A stretch of 64,000 nucleotides of DNA from Octopus sinensis (lineage: Eukaryota): positions 161,882,001-161,946,000 of the forward strand of contig NC_042998.1 in the NCBI RefSeq assembly GCF_006345805.1, in the 5' to 3' direction. Within the stretch, counting starts at the first letter, position 1; each line of letters begins with the position of its first letter. The notes below the pieces were generated by a model. It did no database searches, was not told the DNA's origin, and was given only the letters and a program-made list of their open reading frames with translations. The position numbers were made by a program, and so were the translations under genes. Below, in pieces: positions 13,672 through 27,649 of this stretch.

Positions 13672-15375
13672 AGTGTGGCTGTGTGGTAAGAAGTTTAATT
13701 CCCAACCACATGGTTCTGGGTTCAGTCCCAATACATGGCATCTTGGACAAGTTTTTTCTACTATCACCTCAGGCTGACCAAATCCTTGTAAGTGGATTTA
13801 GTAGATGGAAACTGAAAGAAGCCTGTCGTGTATGTGTGAGTATGTGTGTGTGTCCATGTGTATGTCATTGTGTCTGTGTTTGTCCCTCATCTCTGCTTTT
13901 TAACTGATATTTACGTCCTTATCACTTAGCAGTTCAGCAAAAGAGGTCGATAAAATAAGTGCCAATCTTTAAAACAATAAGTACTGGAGTCAATTCGCTT
14001 GACTAAAAGATTCTACTAGGTGGTGCACCAGTATGGCCTAAGTCTTATGACTGAAATGAGTAAAATATAAAAGAATAAGAATAGATTCTACTGTGTAAAA
14101 GCGAAAGTTTTGAGGTTTCTGAAGCCTAATGGTTTCTAGAAATACATGATCCAAAAAAAAACCTTGATTAGATATTTACCCAGTCTATTCATTAAGCTAT
14201 GGAAAACTGGAAACGAGTTAATGAAAGTAATAATATTGATTCAACAACAATGATTTAAGAATTACTCAAAACAGTTTTGAATAAATCATGAGTAAAGGAG
14301 ATAATAAGGAGGTAAGTAATGGACTATATTATTGATGGGCAGCTTAATTCATCTGTTGTTGTTGTTGCTGTTGTTGTTATCGTCATTGTTGCCATCGTTG
14401 TCCTCTTCCTTATTTTCCTCTCCCTACCAATGTCGTACACCACTGTCCCATCATCATCATCATTATCATCATCATCATTATCATCATCATCATCATCCTC
14501 TCCACAGTTGCACCACAACTACTACCACCATCACTGTCATCTGCATTATCATCATCATATTTGTCATCACCATCGTCATCACCTTCATCATCATTGTCAT
14601 CATCTATTGTCATCATAATTATCAACAGTCAGGCGCAGGAGTGGCTGTGTGGTAAGTAACTTGCTTACCAGCCACATGGTTCTGGGTTCATTCCCACTAC
14701 ATAGCACCTTGGGCAAGTGTCTTCTACTATAGCCTCAGGCTGACCAAAGCTTTGTGAGTGGATTTGGTAGACAAAAACTGAAAGCAGCCCATCACGTATA
14801 TATATGTGTGTGTGTGAGTGAGTGTGTGTGTGTATACTTGTGTGTCTGTGTTTGCTCCACCAGCATTGCTTGCCACTGATGTTGGTGTGTTTACATCCTT
14901 GTAACTTAGTGGTTTGGCAAAAGTGACTGACTGAATAAGTACGAGGCTTGCAGAGAATAAGTCGTGGGGTCGATTTGCTTGACTAAAAGGTGGTGCTCCA
15001 GCATGGCTGCAGTCAAATGACTGAAACAAATAAAAGAATAAAGCCAAATTTTAAAAGTATTATGGAATACAGGAGCAGGTATGGCTGTGTGTTAAGAAAC
15101 TTTCTTCCCAACTTCATGCTTCCAGGTGCAGTTACACTGCATGTCACTTTGGGCAAGTGTCTTCTACTATAGCCCTGGGTTGACCAAGGCTTTGTGAGTG
15201 GAGTTTGTGGCTGAAGCTGAAAAAAGCCTGCTGTATATATATATATATAAATATGCATGTATCATTTTTTTATGTCTGTTATCCCTGCCTGCCCACCTAG
15301 AGTTGCTCTACTAGAACTCTTCAATGTAGTACTCCAGCATAGCCACAATCCAATGACTGAAACAAGTAAAAGATA
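13672..15375 (+). mobile_element. SINE family A, three copies (about 13672-14075, 14630-15040, 15072-15375)
   Basis: Same head, centre and tail as 319-715. Confidence 0.85.
14340..14620. repeat. Degenerate (GTT)n/(ATC)n/(CAC)n trinucleotide tract
   Basis: Direct inspection; explains the poly-His, Ser and Asp ORFs. Confidence 0.9.
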
Positions 15376-18300
15376 CAAGATAGGAAATAGTTAATTTTTA
15401 TTTCATAATCTACTATTTCTAATATTGGTTTCAAATTTTGGTACAAGGCAAGTTCAGAAAATATGGTTAAGTCAATTACATCAACCCCAGGGCTCAACTG
15501 GTACTTATTTTATTGACTCTCAAAAGGAGGAAAGGCAAGTTTGACCTTGGTGGAATTTGAACTCAGAATGTAAAGACGGACAAAATACCACTAAACATTT
15601 TGCCCAGCATGCTAAGAATTCTACCAGCTTGCCACTTTCATACCATTTCCAATATTTATCTTTTAAGTCATCTGTCTTTGTGTTCTGAGTTCAAATTCTG
15701 CTGAAGTCGACTTTACCTTTCATCCTTTCAGGTTCGATAGATTAAGTTCCAGTTACAAACTAATCGACTGCCCCGCTTCCCCCAAAATTTCAGGCCTTGT
15801 GCTTAGAGTAGAAAAGAATATTAATCTTTAAGATCACAAAAGATAATTTACTCTGGTAAAATTTTTTTCATCTGCTGGTGATTCAATAAAGATAAAGAAA
15901 TTTCTTACTTTACTTCGTTTTTGTATTTGGTTTCTAAGATTCTTTATGTGACTTTGTGTGTTGAAACAAATCTTGTGTCCTGGGAGGGTCATTATGCCAG
16001 TTGTATCACATGCACTGGTGCATGTCTTATTATTATATAGTGTAATAAGACAGCAAGTTGTCAGAATTGCAAGCACTCCAGGCAAAATGCTTAGCAGCAT
16101 TTCATCCATCTTTACATTCTGAGTTCAAATTCTGCCACGGTTAACATTGCCTTTTGTTCTTTTGGGGTTGATGAAATAGGTGCCATTTACATCCACCCTC
16201 GAAAATTACTGGTCTGAAACCATTGTTATATGGTGCCAAAATTTGAAACCAAGACATCTCAAAATTTCTTATTTCTTCTGTAGAAAGCATATTTGTTTTT
16301 CTGTTGACAGATGATAAAAATGATTCCAGTGGTCTAAAATGTCTTGTCAATTTATGTTTCCTTACTCTGTTGTCACATACAAGCAGTGGATTGGCAGATT
16401 CATTTCAGCATTTGATCAAATGTTTTATGGTATTTGTCACAGCTATGTTTAAGTTCTGAGTTCAAATCCTGACGTGGTTATATTTGCTTTTCATCTATTT
16501 GGTACCAGTAGAATAAAATGCCATTCAAGTACTGGGGTTGATTCAGTCGACTAACACTGTCTCTCTCTTTATACCAGTTTCAGATCTTATGTTAGACATA
16601 TTTATTTTGTCATATATCAAGCTCTGTTATTTCTTATCTTTTATACATTTGGAAGCCCCCTACCTCTAAAAAAAAAAAAAAAAAACAAAGAAGACACTTG
16701 TAAACAGACACTTACAGAATACTTCATATCAGCCAAACAAGCCTCTAAGTAGATCTGCAGCTCCATTGCTTCCCTTGTGCAATGATAAATTTTTATCTTT
16801 CTCTGCATAAAAATATTTCTTTTAACTTATCTTGTGAATACATTAAAATATGTAAAAAAAAAAAATCATTTATTTCTTTTCCCTTACAAATTAAAAGAAG
16901 GTTTTTTGATATAGAAGCTTTCAGTATAAATATATAATTTTATTCAATAGCCGAGGAGTGTTATTCACTGATCCAATCACTTTTACCGAAGAAGAGATAA
17001 GCTATACAGACTTTTGTAGACACTCAAATATGCTATGACAATCCCTAGGTGCACCTATAACCTGTAGACAATATAAATGTAGGTTTGTCTGCTTTGATTT
17101 GAGGTTTATTAAATTTTTCTGATGCAGGATACTCCAGATAAAAATTCACTTTATAACTGTTTTCAAATTTTTTCACAATACCAGCAATTTTAGGGCTGGG
17201 CTTAGTTAAATTGACCCCCAGTAATTGATTGGTATTGTATTTTTCTGAACTCGGAAGGATGAAAGATAAAGTTGACCCCAGTGGTATTTGAACTCAAGAC
17301 CTAAAGAGTGGGAAGAAATACCACTAAGTATTTTTCCCAATGCACTAATGATTCTGCCAGCTTGCCGCCTTATTACTTAATAACGTAAACATAACTGTTT
17401 TTGATCCGGGTGCATCCTACTATTGTTTTAACCTGTATGAAAGAGCCATCCTTTTAAGAACTAATCTGGTTTGTTTTGGTTTTACTATGGTGATCTGATA
17501 AGAATTTTCTTTTTTGTTTTCACTGCCAATGTTCTATCAGTTTTCAAACCAGTCCTGAAAAGAAAATACAACTTGCAATTTTCGTTGTTAGTAGCAGGTC
17601 AAACAATGAATAAATTACAAGTTTCAAATCAATAGATGGAATCCAATTAAATATATTTATACAAAACATCAGTCTAGGATTTTTTCTAAAGTGCTTCTGC
17701 ATAAGAATATAATATCTACTCTATTCTGACCTCTAACATTATTTTGTTATATTGTAAAGGACAGTTAGATTTATTTATTTATTTACTTATTTCTTTTTAT
17801 TTTTCTATTTATTATTATTATAATTATTATTATTATTTTCTTTTTTGAAATTTCACAGTGTGTAAGAAAAATAAAAATGTTTCTGGAAACAAAGAGAGTA
17901 TGTACACTACTGGCATATACCAAGTGTACAGAATAAAGGTTGCTGAAATGAAAAGAAAATTTAAACCAAAACACTGGTTTGAAGACAAATTTTCTGAAAA
18001 ATTTCTCTGCTTCAGAAACAATGCTTTTAGGAAAATATTTTCTGTATGTGTGAGTGTGTGCAATGTATTCATTTAAGGCTTTGTTTTATACCAGAGAAAA
18101 CTGAACTGTTTAGAAGTAAATTATATAAATAGCCAATTATATTTTTCCTTTTCTGTTTACCAGATATTGATTCAATATTTCTCCACTCAAACATAACTTT
18201 TCTATACTAGAGAAATTAATAGATGAACATGCTGTGCATTTTCTTCCTTTCTTATGTCTTTATTTTATTTTATTCTGTCAGTGAAAAAGTTGAAAATATT

Positions 18301-18559
18301 TGTTTCATAAAGTCAGATTTAGTATTGTGCCAATTACTGAATGCAAGAGGCTATTTTATTTTGTTGTTATTGGTTACTGGCCAAAAACATGACTTATATT
18401 TAAATGACACAGGGTGTTTCACACACTTTGGGGGAAAACACACGACAACAACTGACGTTTAAACAGAAAAGTTGTAAGGTCCACATTAACAGACTCTGTC
18501 AATATTTCAATTGATCTATTTTTAAATTTGGTTGTGCTTTTAATGTACAATAATTAAAG

Positions 18560-18780
18560 CAGATCAGTAGCAGGGTAGCATAGTCGTATAAGGCAACCTG
18601 CCAAATGATTCTGAACCTTCACGCCAACCAAACCTACTACTTCAGGATTTACCATACACACATAAAAAGGAAGAAGAAAAGAAAGACTGCTATGATAGTA
18701 TTCTCAATATGGAAACCAATATTAATAGAAGCTGGGCTGATACTTTAGCTTTAAAGGAAGTAGTATGAATATGTGTGTAC
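18560..18780 (+). mobile_element. Possible very old RTE LINE relic
   Basis: Weak LPKxIL...RKxxYD...W pattern across frameshifts. Confidence 0.25.
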
Positions 18781-20249
18781 AGTGGCATAGACAGGGAAAC
18801 TAAGAGACCATATCTAAAGTCAGAGAGATTAATAGACCATATCATAAGCAGAGAAATTAAAGAGATTTATCTGAAAGACTACATTTGTAGATAGAGAAGC
18901 CATGTAACAATATTTATACATAGAGACTACGTGACTGTATCCATGGCTTGAGAGACGACAGTATTATTATACCAGTGTTTATATCAAAATAATAAACATT
19001 ATCAATGCAAGGGACGATGACAGAATAAACCTAGATAAGAAAAAAAAAATCTGAGTATATAATCTGAAAGAAAGTAATTGATTGTTTATGTGTGGCTTTA
19101 AAAAAGGGTTAAAGCTGTATTAGAATAAGTGGTTGAGATTAATAAGTGGAAAAAAAACCTTTTGATTAACACTCATTTCAAACATGAAGTAAGTTATTGT
19201 TGCTTTGTTAATCCATTCATCATCATCATTGTCCACTTTCTGCGCTAGCATGGGTTGACTTTAGAATTTAACATTTATTTGTTGTCAACATTTTATTATA
19301 AGTTTTACTTCACTGTTCATCTGATATTAATTTAGGAGGGTTGTTTCTTTCATACTTGTTAATTTTAAAAACCTTTTTAGTCAGGAGTGGGGCAATTTCC
19401 ATGATCCTTCATGACTCAGCCAGTTTGCTACCCTGTATTGTCTTTAATTTATTTTATTGACACACTAATGCCAGGGTTATTTATCTCTTACTTTTGGTTT
19501 GAGTAGACCAGCACTAACAAACATTTCAAATTTACCAATCTCTGTCTTTGGCTAATTTACAAAAGCAGATTTTCATTGATTCTGTTGATGTGATAATGTG
19601 CATCTGAATGTGTTCTCAAAGCAACTATGTTCAGTTCAGCTGTTGAGGCTTTAAGAAAAGCATGTAAGTAGATGAGTTACTTGATCAGGTTACAATTTAC
19701 ATTAATTTGTTTTAATATCACATATAATACATCAGTCATGCAATATATGGATATAGTATCACAGTCTCTGTATGTAAATGTTACTGTATGGCTTCTCTAT
19801 CTACAAAAGATATTACATTTTGTGCATAAAATGCAATCCTAATTTCTCATCAAGTAAATAGGAATCCTTACATGTTGATATTGCTATGGTCAAGTGGTTA
19901 AGGAATCTAATTTGTAATTATAAAGTCCAAGGTTTGATCTCACTGTATAGTTTCTTGGGAAAATGTTATCACAGCCTCACACCAACCCAAGTGCTGTGAG
20001 TTATATAACTGGTTAGAAGGAAACTATCCAATGAATTGTGCCCATAATCCAAAGCCCAGTCATGTCACACATTGTGTCATAGAAATTCAGGTTGTGAATT
20101 ATATTAAGGGTACACATGTCAGGTGAATATTCAGCTACTTGCTTATTGATTTAATGAGTCAGATGTTCAGCTGCTAAACAACAGAGGAATCCATCAAGGG
20201 GGAACCCATCAAGTATCATTCATTTGGTTATTTAGTAAGATATTTTGTG

Positions 20250-20870
20250 ACTGTAGCCTCTCTCTTAGGATACTTTATTCATACTCCCAGCAAAAACCAA
20301 ATTAAAGAACATCTTTCAGACATGTATTGAGTTGTTCAAAGAATATATTCACAAAATATTCGTTGACAAGAAACAGTAGTTTACATTGAAGCTTGTGATG
20401 TTCTGTTATAAATGGTGGTGTGGAAGTTGCTTTCAGTTTTAAAACTTAATAAAAAGATAAAGAAAGTTTCCCTTTAGAGTATATATTCTTTTGAACCCTT
20501 TTCATACGATAGTTTACAATAGTTGTATTTGTGTCAGACATGGAGCTGGTTTGTATTTGACCAGCAAAATTTTCCTTTTTATTGCAAAGATTGAAATCCT
20601 CTCCAGAAGACATGTAATTGCAAATGTTGCCAGGATGAATCACAAGATGGATTCCTCAAGCCAAGCAAACTGGCAGGAGACTTAAGGGTAGACCAAGAAT
20701 GAGATGGTTTGGAAAATATTCAGGGTCTCAGTAACTCGCCCTTGGGAATCCTGTTGGTAAGCCTAATGATGGTTGCTTCTGATAGGATTCTATGGAAGAG
20801 ACGTTTGACATCTCTATTCTCATGACTCTTCAGGAATAGTGCATGGAGAAGATGGATGGGTTAATGGGTA
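20250..20870 (+). mobile_element. Old RTE-clade LINE 3' relic
   Basis: With frameshifts reads NVARMN..WIPQ..GRRLKGRPRMRW..NI...ASDRILWK, matching the RTE C-terminal pattern HVxRM...GRPxxRW...AxDRxxW. Confidence 0.7.
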
Positions 20871-22145
20871 GTTGGGTGGATGGATGAATGGATGGAGATA
20901 TATATATTTTGGACATTGGAAAATTCTTTGAATAAATTGTGGAATATAACATTGTGTCAGTGCCTTCTAATTTTCAGCTTCACACTGTCAAAATCTTAAT
21001 AGACAGTCTTCCACGACAGCTTATGATCTATTTGATACCAATGTTTTAGTTTTTTGTTAAATATTGTTTTTCAGTTCCCGGAGCACTTGGTACTAGTTTG
21101 TGTAAAGTTTTTCTCTTAGATTACCATTTAGTTAGTGAATAATTAAGATCACATTTTAGGTACAAAAAGTAATAAAATTAAATGAGTAACTGTTTGTTGA
21201 TAAAGAAGCCATATAACAATAAAAAAAGAATAATTAGTTGCCAATTTTAAAATGTAAAGTGACTTCTGCACTCCTCTGCATAATATCCTTTATTTATAGC
21301 TAATATCATTATGTTTTTTTAATGTTCAATATTTCATAAACAATCAAAGTTTTAGTGATATCCTTCAGAAATTTTGAGATGGTCTGAAATTTCTTAGATT
21401 GTAAAATTATTTCAAAACAAAGGAACATCTGTAAAAAGTATTTTAGAAGTTGTTCATAAATGATATCAGTACATTTGAAAAAAAAAAATTAGTATCATAT
21501 TTTGGTTTTTGATGCTACCTTTTTAGTGAAAAGAAGTGAATAAATTTTACTAAAACAAAAAGGAGAGCTATATATTTTCTTTTTGTATCACTTTATTATT
21601 TTTACTTAATTAGCTTTTTTTGCTAAGCATAGAATTAATTTAAAAAATTTTCTTTTTTAAACACTAGAAAAAGAATTTTGCCTTAGTCTTTTGCACAATG
21701 ATGTAGTTGTTTTATCACCATTGTTTATTTAGTTTTTGTCTGGTAAAAGGTTAAACTTAAAAAGCACTTACAGCTGTCATGATAATCTTATGCATATTCT
21801 TATTTCAGCAGATTGAGATATTGCTGAAACATATTTTTTTATTCCCTTTATGTAAATGAATACCAAAAGCAGAAATATAGCATAATAAAGAACATTTAAA
21901 TTGACACTTATTTCATGTTTTCCTAAGGAAATGACATTATTGACATATAATATGGGTTGTCATCATTGTGGTCGTGATGATGATGTGATGTCAGGGGTGT
22001 GGGGATGTGGTCGTCGTAGAGGTTGATGCTTTTGTTTAGCCTCAGGTCAGCCCTAAATGAGTAGATCTGTACTCAAAAGCATTCTGGTCATGAACTTCCA
22101 AGGTTTTCTGAAAGTCATTCTCAGACTTCATTATACAATAAGTAT

Positions 22146-22383
22146 GTAGGCATGTATGTATGTATGTATGTATGTATGTATGTATGTATGTATGTATGTA
22201 TGTATGTATGTATGTATGTATGTATGTATGTATGTATGCAGCCCATATCAGAATATATGGTAGGTACATAATAACAGCTTTGGAACATTTTAGATCTTAT
22301 TTCTAGCAATGTAGGGGTCTTGAAACCCTTAGTCACATTTAGTTGATGACTATAATTCTCACATACATACATACATACATACA

Positions 22384-22400
<17 letters not shown>
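22146..22400. repeat. (TATG)n and opposite-strand (CATA)n arrays
   Basis: 22146-22237 and 22363-22391. Confidence 0.95.
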
Positions 22401-22418
<18 letters not shown>

Positions 22419-22956
22419 TCTATTTTCTCTCCCTGTTTATTTCTGTGTTCTTTTCTGTTGAAGAGCATAGGCTTGAAATGTAAAAGACTTTTTCACTTCC
22501 TGAGCATTAAACTAATACATCTGTTTGTTGTTTACACATCCGTTTTTGTCTTTTGCTGTTTTTTGTAAATTCTCACTATATATATATATATATATATATT
22601 TCATTATTCAGTGTCCTTTCTCCCTGTGTATATATACAAATATATATATATATTCATACACACACAAATATATCTTGAAATAGAGAGAGATGTGAAAGGA
22701 ACAAAAAGAAAAATATATAGTGGGATAAGTTTATCATGAAAATTATTAGTGTGTCACTAAGAAAAGTAAAAGATTTATTATTCTTTGGAGATTGTCCTTT
22801 TTTACAATAGCGATGTTGAGAAGAAAGACAGGATGAGAGATGATAAAAATCTGTAAAAAACAAAAGAGAAATTGAGGTAAAAAAGCTCATGTGTAACTTG
22901 TCTGTTTACATATATATGTGTGTGTGTATATATATAGATATACATACATACATACG

Positions 22957-23009
<53 letters not shown>

Positions 23010-23632
23010 TATATATGTATGTATGTATATATAAATGGGTATGTGTGTGTGGATGCACAAAAATGCACTCATCCTTACACTAAAGAGACCTTTAGTTAGG
23101 AAAATTATGATCTTAAGTTTGGTTTTCTTATACCTCTTCTTCACTCTAAAGAATCTGAAAAATAATGGAAGAGGTGCAGTATGAGGTAAATGGTAAAGAG
23201 ACAGTTGACAGTGGAGGAGATAAGAGGCAACACACATAAAACAGACAGCTATTCCTAGTGTCTTTCTTCACGATTCCCGTAGTTAAAATAAACATGAGAG
23301 CTAGTTGTGTGTTTAATGTCTGCATTTAGCAGCAATTAAGCATCTGTTGTTGATGCTTTGTTTTACATAGCCGATGTGAATCAAAAAAGTCAAAACTGTA
23401 TAACTCTTCTGTGATTTCCTGATTTTTTGTTTTTTAATTGTCATTCATCACTTTACTTTGAGAATGACAATTAACATTAGTTTACTCTCAGACACCATGG
23501 GGTAGCTTGCTTTCTCTTGTTTTTTTTTCTCAACAGAATATTGCAAAGCTTTATTTAGACATCTGAGTGCTGCAATATACAAAACTACCACCAGCACTGT
23601 CTCAGCAGAAGCCATATATATATATATAAATG

Positions 23633-23668
<36 letters not shown>

Positions 23669-24258
23669 TACACACACATTCACACACATAATTACATATG
23701 AATTTATATATATATATACATACTCACATATATATATGTGTGTGTACATATGTTGTGTGTGTGTGTGTTGATGCACACAAACTCACTTATATACACATTC
23801 ATGTATGTATTTATGCATACATACATACACAAACACACATGTATGCACATTCACATACACATGTACAGCTTTTGCTGAAACAGTACTATTAGTAGTTTTG
23901 CATATTTTATACACAAGGCACATAGTGTATTGGTTAGGGTGTTTGGTTCATCGTCATAAAATTATGAGTTTGATTCCCAGTGGTGCATTGTGTCCTTGAG
24001 CAAGACACTTTATTTCACATTGCTCCAAACCACTGAACTGGCAAAAATTAGATGTACCTGTATTTCAAAGGGCCAGCCTTGTCACACTCTGTGTCATGCT
24101 GAATCTCCCGCAGAACTATTAAGGGTACACATGTCTGTGAAGTACTCAGCCACTTGCACGTTGATTTCATGAGCAGATCAACTGGAACTTGTTGTTGTAA
24201 CTGTTGTTACAACTTGTTGTTATAACTGATGGAGTGCCAGTTAGTTATAATTCTCAAG

Positions 24259-24357
24259 GACCAAATGGATGGATCCTGAAGAAGATACACCAACAATATT
24301 GCATCCCACATCATCAGTTCTGCTTACCAAAAGTGGCCCACTTGGCACCGTGCATTC
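24259..24357 (+). CDS. Candidate 99-nt exon of an unknown gene (TKWMDPEEDTPTILHPTSSVLLTKSGPLGTVHS, phase 2-2)
   Basis: ctcaag acceptor (weak), gtaagt donor at 24358, GC-richer than flanks; no recognisable homology. Confidence 0.25.
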
Positions 24358-24719
24358 GTAAGTAGTTACTGCAGCAGAAAGATGTGTAGATCATTGTAAT
24401 ATGCTGTATATAACTACAAAATAAATTTTGTGGCTGTACTAGTCTCCATACTCTTTATTATTATTAATATTAACATGTGCTCCAGACAATTTTTACCATC
24501 CAGTGAAGACTGCATGGAATTACCCATCGGACGAATTCATGGAGTGACTAACAATTCTTCTGTGATTTCCTGATTTTTTGTAATATGGGACAGATGTTAG
24601 ACACTGATTATTGTGGTTAGCAGTTAACTGGATCTTAACCTAGAGCTAATAAGGGATCCACCCAGATAATATATTCCACCAAACTCGTAGCTTTTAAATT
24701 GCCAAATGCAAGACTTCTT

Positions 24720-24946
24720 TCTAAATCTTTTATCTTCTATCTTTTATCTTGTTTCACTCATTAAACTGTGGCCATGCTGGAACACCAACTTGAAAATCAT
24801 TTAGTCAAATGAATCAACCCCATTGCTTATTTTCTTATCAATTCTGATACTTATTCTGTTGGTCTCTTTTACTGAACTGCTAAGTTGTGGGGACAAACAC
24901 AAACAGAAACACATACACATACAAGACATATGTGTGTGTGTGTGTG

Positions 24947-24983
<37 letters not shown>

Positions 24984-25010
24984 GATGGGCTTCTTTCAGT
25001 TTCCAGAAAC
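24720..25010 (-). mobile_element. SINE family A, partial
   Basis: Reverse complement of the family A tail and centre. Confidence 0.75.
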
Positions 25011-25129
25011 ATTTCTCAAGGGACATGCAGAAAGAAAAAAATGAGCTTCTTACAATCGTGAGCCAAACAAAATAAAAATGTAACACAGAGGAACTATCTT
25101 AGTAGAAGACTGAATATTATTAATATTAT

Positions 25130-25651
25130 CTCTATGGCTCAGTTAACAGAACACAGTTGGAAGGAATCACTGCTTACATCTCTACAAGCAGTACATACTC
25201 TATACTGCTTTAAAATATATATATATCCTGGAGGGTCTTGTCCTAAACTTTGGCATTCAAAGTTACTCCAACCGCAGAACGGGGCGCCGCTGTGTGGTGC
25301 CAAGGATTCCAACAACAACAACAACATCACCATCAAAATACAGGTCCAGATACTGCAACAGCTTGGGTTTCAGAGGACCACAGCTCTTTAACATCCTCCC
25401 TAAATGCCTGAGAGACTTACATGGTGTGGATGTGGGTTTCTTTAAAACTAAACTGGATCTCTTCTTGTTGGGAGTCCCAGATGAACCTACCTCACGACAG
25501 GAGACACGGATGCGGGCAGCAGCATCGAACTCCCTTGTTGATCAAGTGCCACGTATCAGAGGTGGATTCACAAACTAGTGTAGCTCATTCAGCGGTGGTG
25601 CCCCAGCATGGCCACGGCCTTCGGGCTAAAACATTTTTAAGGATTTTAAGG

Positions 25652-25655
<4 letters not shown>
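25130..25655 (+). mobile_element. CR1-like LINE 3' end with 3' UTR and tail
   Basis: Frameshifted ILEGLV...GRRCVVP, then SLGFRGPQLFNILPKCLR...FKTKLDLFLLGVPDEP; stop at 25578; short 3' UTR ending in ttttaagga repeats. Confidence 0.85.
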
Positions 25656-25701
<46 letters not shown>

Positions 25702-25705
<4 letters not shown>

Positions 25706-26045
25706 AGCAGGAGTAGGTGTGTGGAAAGAAGCTTGCTTCCCAACCACGTGGTTCCAGTTTCAGTCCTACTGCATGGCACCTTGGGCAAGTGTCTTCTATT
25801 ACAGCCCTGTGAGTTGATTTGGCAGATGGAAACTGAATGAAGTGTAGCATATGTGTGTGTATGTGTGTCTGTGTTTGTCCCTGCACTATCACTTGACAAC
25901 CAATGTTGGTGTCTTTATGTCCCATAACTTAGCAGTTTGGCAAAAGAGACTGATTCTTACATAGAATAAGTCCTGGGGTCAATTTGTTCGACTATAGGTG
26001 GTGCTCCAGCATGGCCACAGTCAAATGATTGAAACAAGTAAAAGA
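25702..26045 (+). mobile_element. SINE family A
   Basis: Full head to tail match. Confidence 0.85.
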
Positions 26046-27202
26046 GTGTATATATATATATATATTATATTCTCTGGTTATGGGATAAATATTACTTTTC
26101 TTCGAAACAGGTAAGGTTTGGCCACTGGAAAGGTAAACTGGGTATTGAAATGATGAAATGAGAATGAGGGTGTGAATGAGGCTGATGATCATGATTTCAC
26201 ACACACACACATGACACAGTTTCTGTTTCAATTCCACAGAATGGAACCTTGAAAAATTGTCTTCATTAACAGTTCAATTCCCAGTGGGTTGACCAATGTC
26301 TTTTAAATAAAACTATGGAGGTGGAAACTGTAAGGAAGCATGTTGTATGTATATGGATGTATGTGCGTACATGCATGCATGTGTGTGCATGCATGTGTAC
26401 ATGTGTGTGCATGCATGTATGTTCACACACACGTGTATGTGTTTTTGTCATCATGTGTCTTTGTATTGAAACTGCATTGGGACAGTGATACTGTTTATAT
26501 CCTTCATATGTCCAGCAATGTGGTGATTCCCTGAGGTACTTGAAAAAAAGTAAGGGTTGCCACCAGGAGGGGCATCTAACTGCAGAATTCTTCCTCAAGA
26601 CATCACATCCAAACCATGCCAGCATGGAAACAGCAGACATAGAAAAGACAATGGTCATGTTGATGACGAAGACAACGACAACGACGATGACGATGATAAG
26701 GATAATGATGATAATAATAACAATGATGTCATCTAATTGGAATCATCCTATTTTAATGAAAGTATAGTGTTTTTGTATTATTATTATTTTTCTTCTGAAA
26801 GTTTTCATTTGTTCCTTCTACATTTAACACATGTGTAAAGTTTTTATTGAACCAATTTCCTTTTAAGTCCAGTTTCGCACCACCAAATAGCAATAAGCTA
26901 CAAAATAGATTATTGCTTATGCTTCTTATTATCTGTAAGAGGGGCTGAACTGAAAGAACATGACTGTCTTGTTATGTTGTTTGAATTACTTTTGAAAGAA
27001 ACTTAGACACTTGTTTGAAATGTGTATATTTCAAAAGTTAAGCTTAACCAAAAAGAAGAGGTAGCTGTGAGGTTTGATTGGATTTAATTCAAGTGAAATG
27101 GACCCAAGAGAGGCTCGAGAAAATTGAAACCCTGACTTAAAGCTATTTGACTTAGTAGAAACAGTTAAGGTAATTGGTGTCAGACTGGAATAATGCAATT
27201 AC

Positions 27203-27285
27203 CTGAATTTTGTAGCACAGTTGGGGAAATTGAGTTGCATCTGATGGAATAAACAAATTATAACATTGACCATCACTGACTTCTG
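27203..27285 (-). CDS. Candidate 83-nt exon of an unknown gene (AEVSDGQCYNLFIPSDATQFPQLCYKIQ)
   Basis: Long polypyrimidine tract with tttcag acceptor and CAG|gtaatt donor; no recognisable homology. Confidence 0.25.
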
Positions 27286-27649
27286 CTGAAACAAATTTTA
27301 GTTGTCGAGAAAAAAAAAGAAGAAAGAAAAAAAAAAGAAACAGATTCATCAACTGTAGACAGTTTGTGAACCTGATATAGATAGAAGAATGTGTTGTGAA
27401 AACTTAATGTTTGTCAGCATTTTTACATGTCTGTGTGTGTCTGTGTGTGTTTTAGTATGGATTGGATATGTTTAACACACATGTGCATTCATCTATCTAT
27501 CTATCTTTCTATCTATCTATCTATCTCTCTATCTATCTGTCTGTTTATCTACCTATTTGTCTATCTACATATCCACACACACACACACATAACTATGTAT
27601 TGATGTATATTAATAAGACATTCGTTACCAACACACAGGGCTAATACTA

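Noticed and set aside
14291-14318. MSKGDNKE followed by a gtaagt donor as a possible first coding exon
   Set aside because: No promoter or acceptor support and no recognisable protein start; one perfect donor is expected by chance in 64 kb.
14319-14655. Poly-His/Ser/Asp ORFs
   Set aside because: Trinucleotide repeat read-through with no splice or homology support.
21772-21823. Minus-strand exon-like segment with tttcag acceptor and gtaagt donor
   Set aside because: Stops in all three frames. It shows that good-looking splice pairs arise by chance here, which is why exon candidates carry low confidence.
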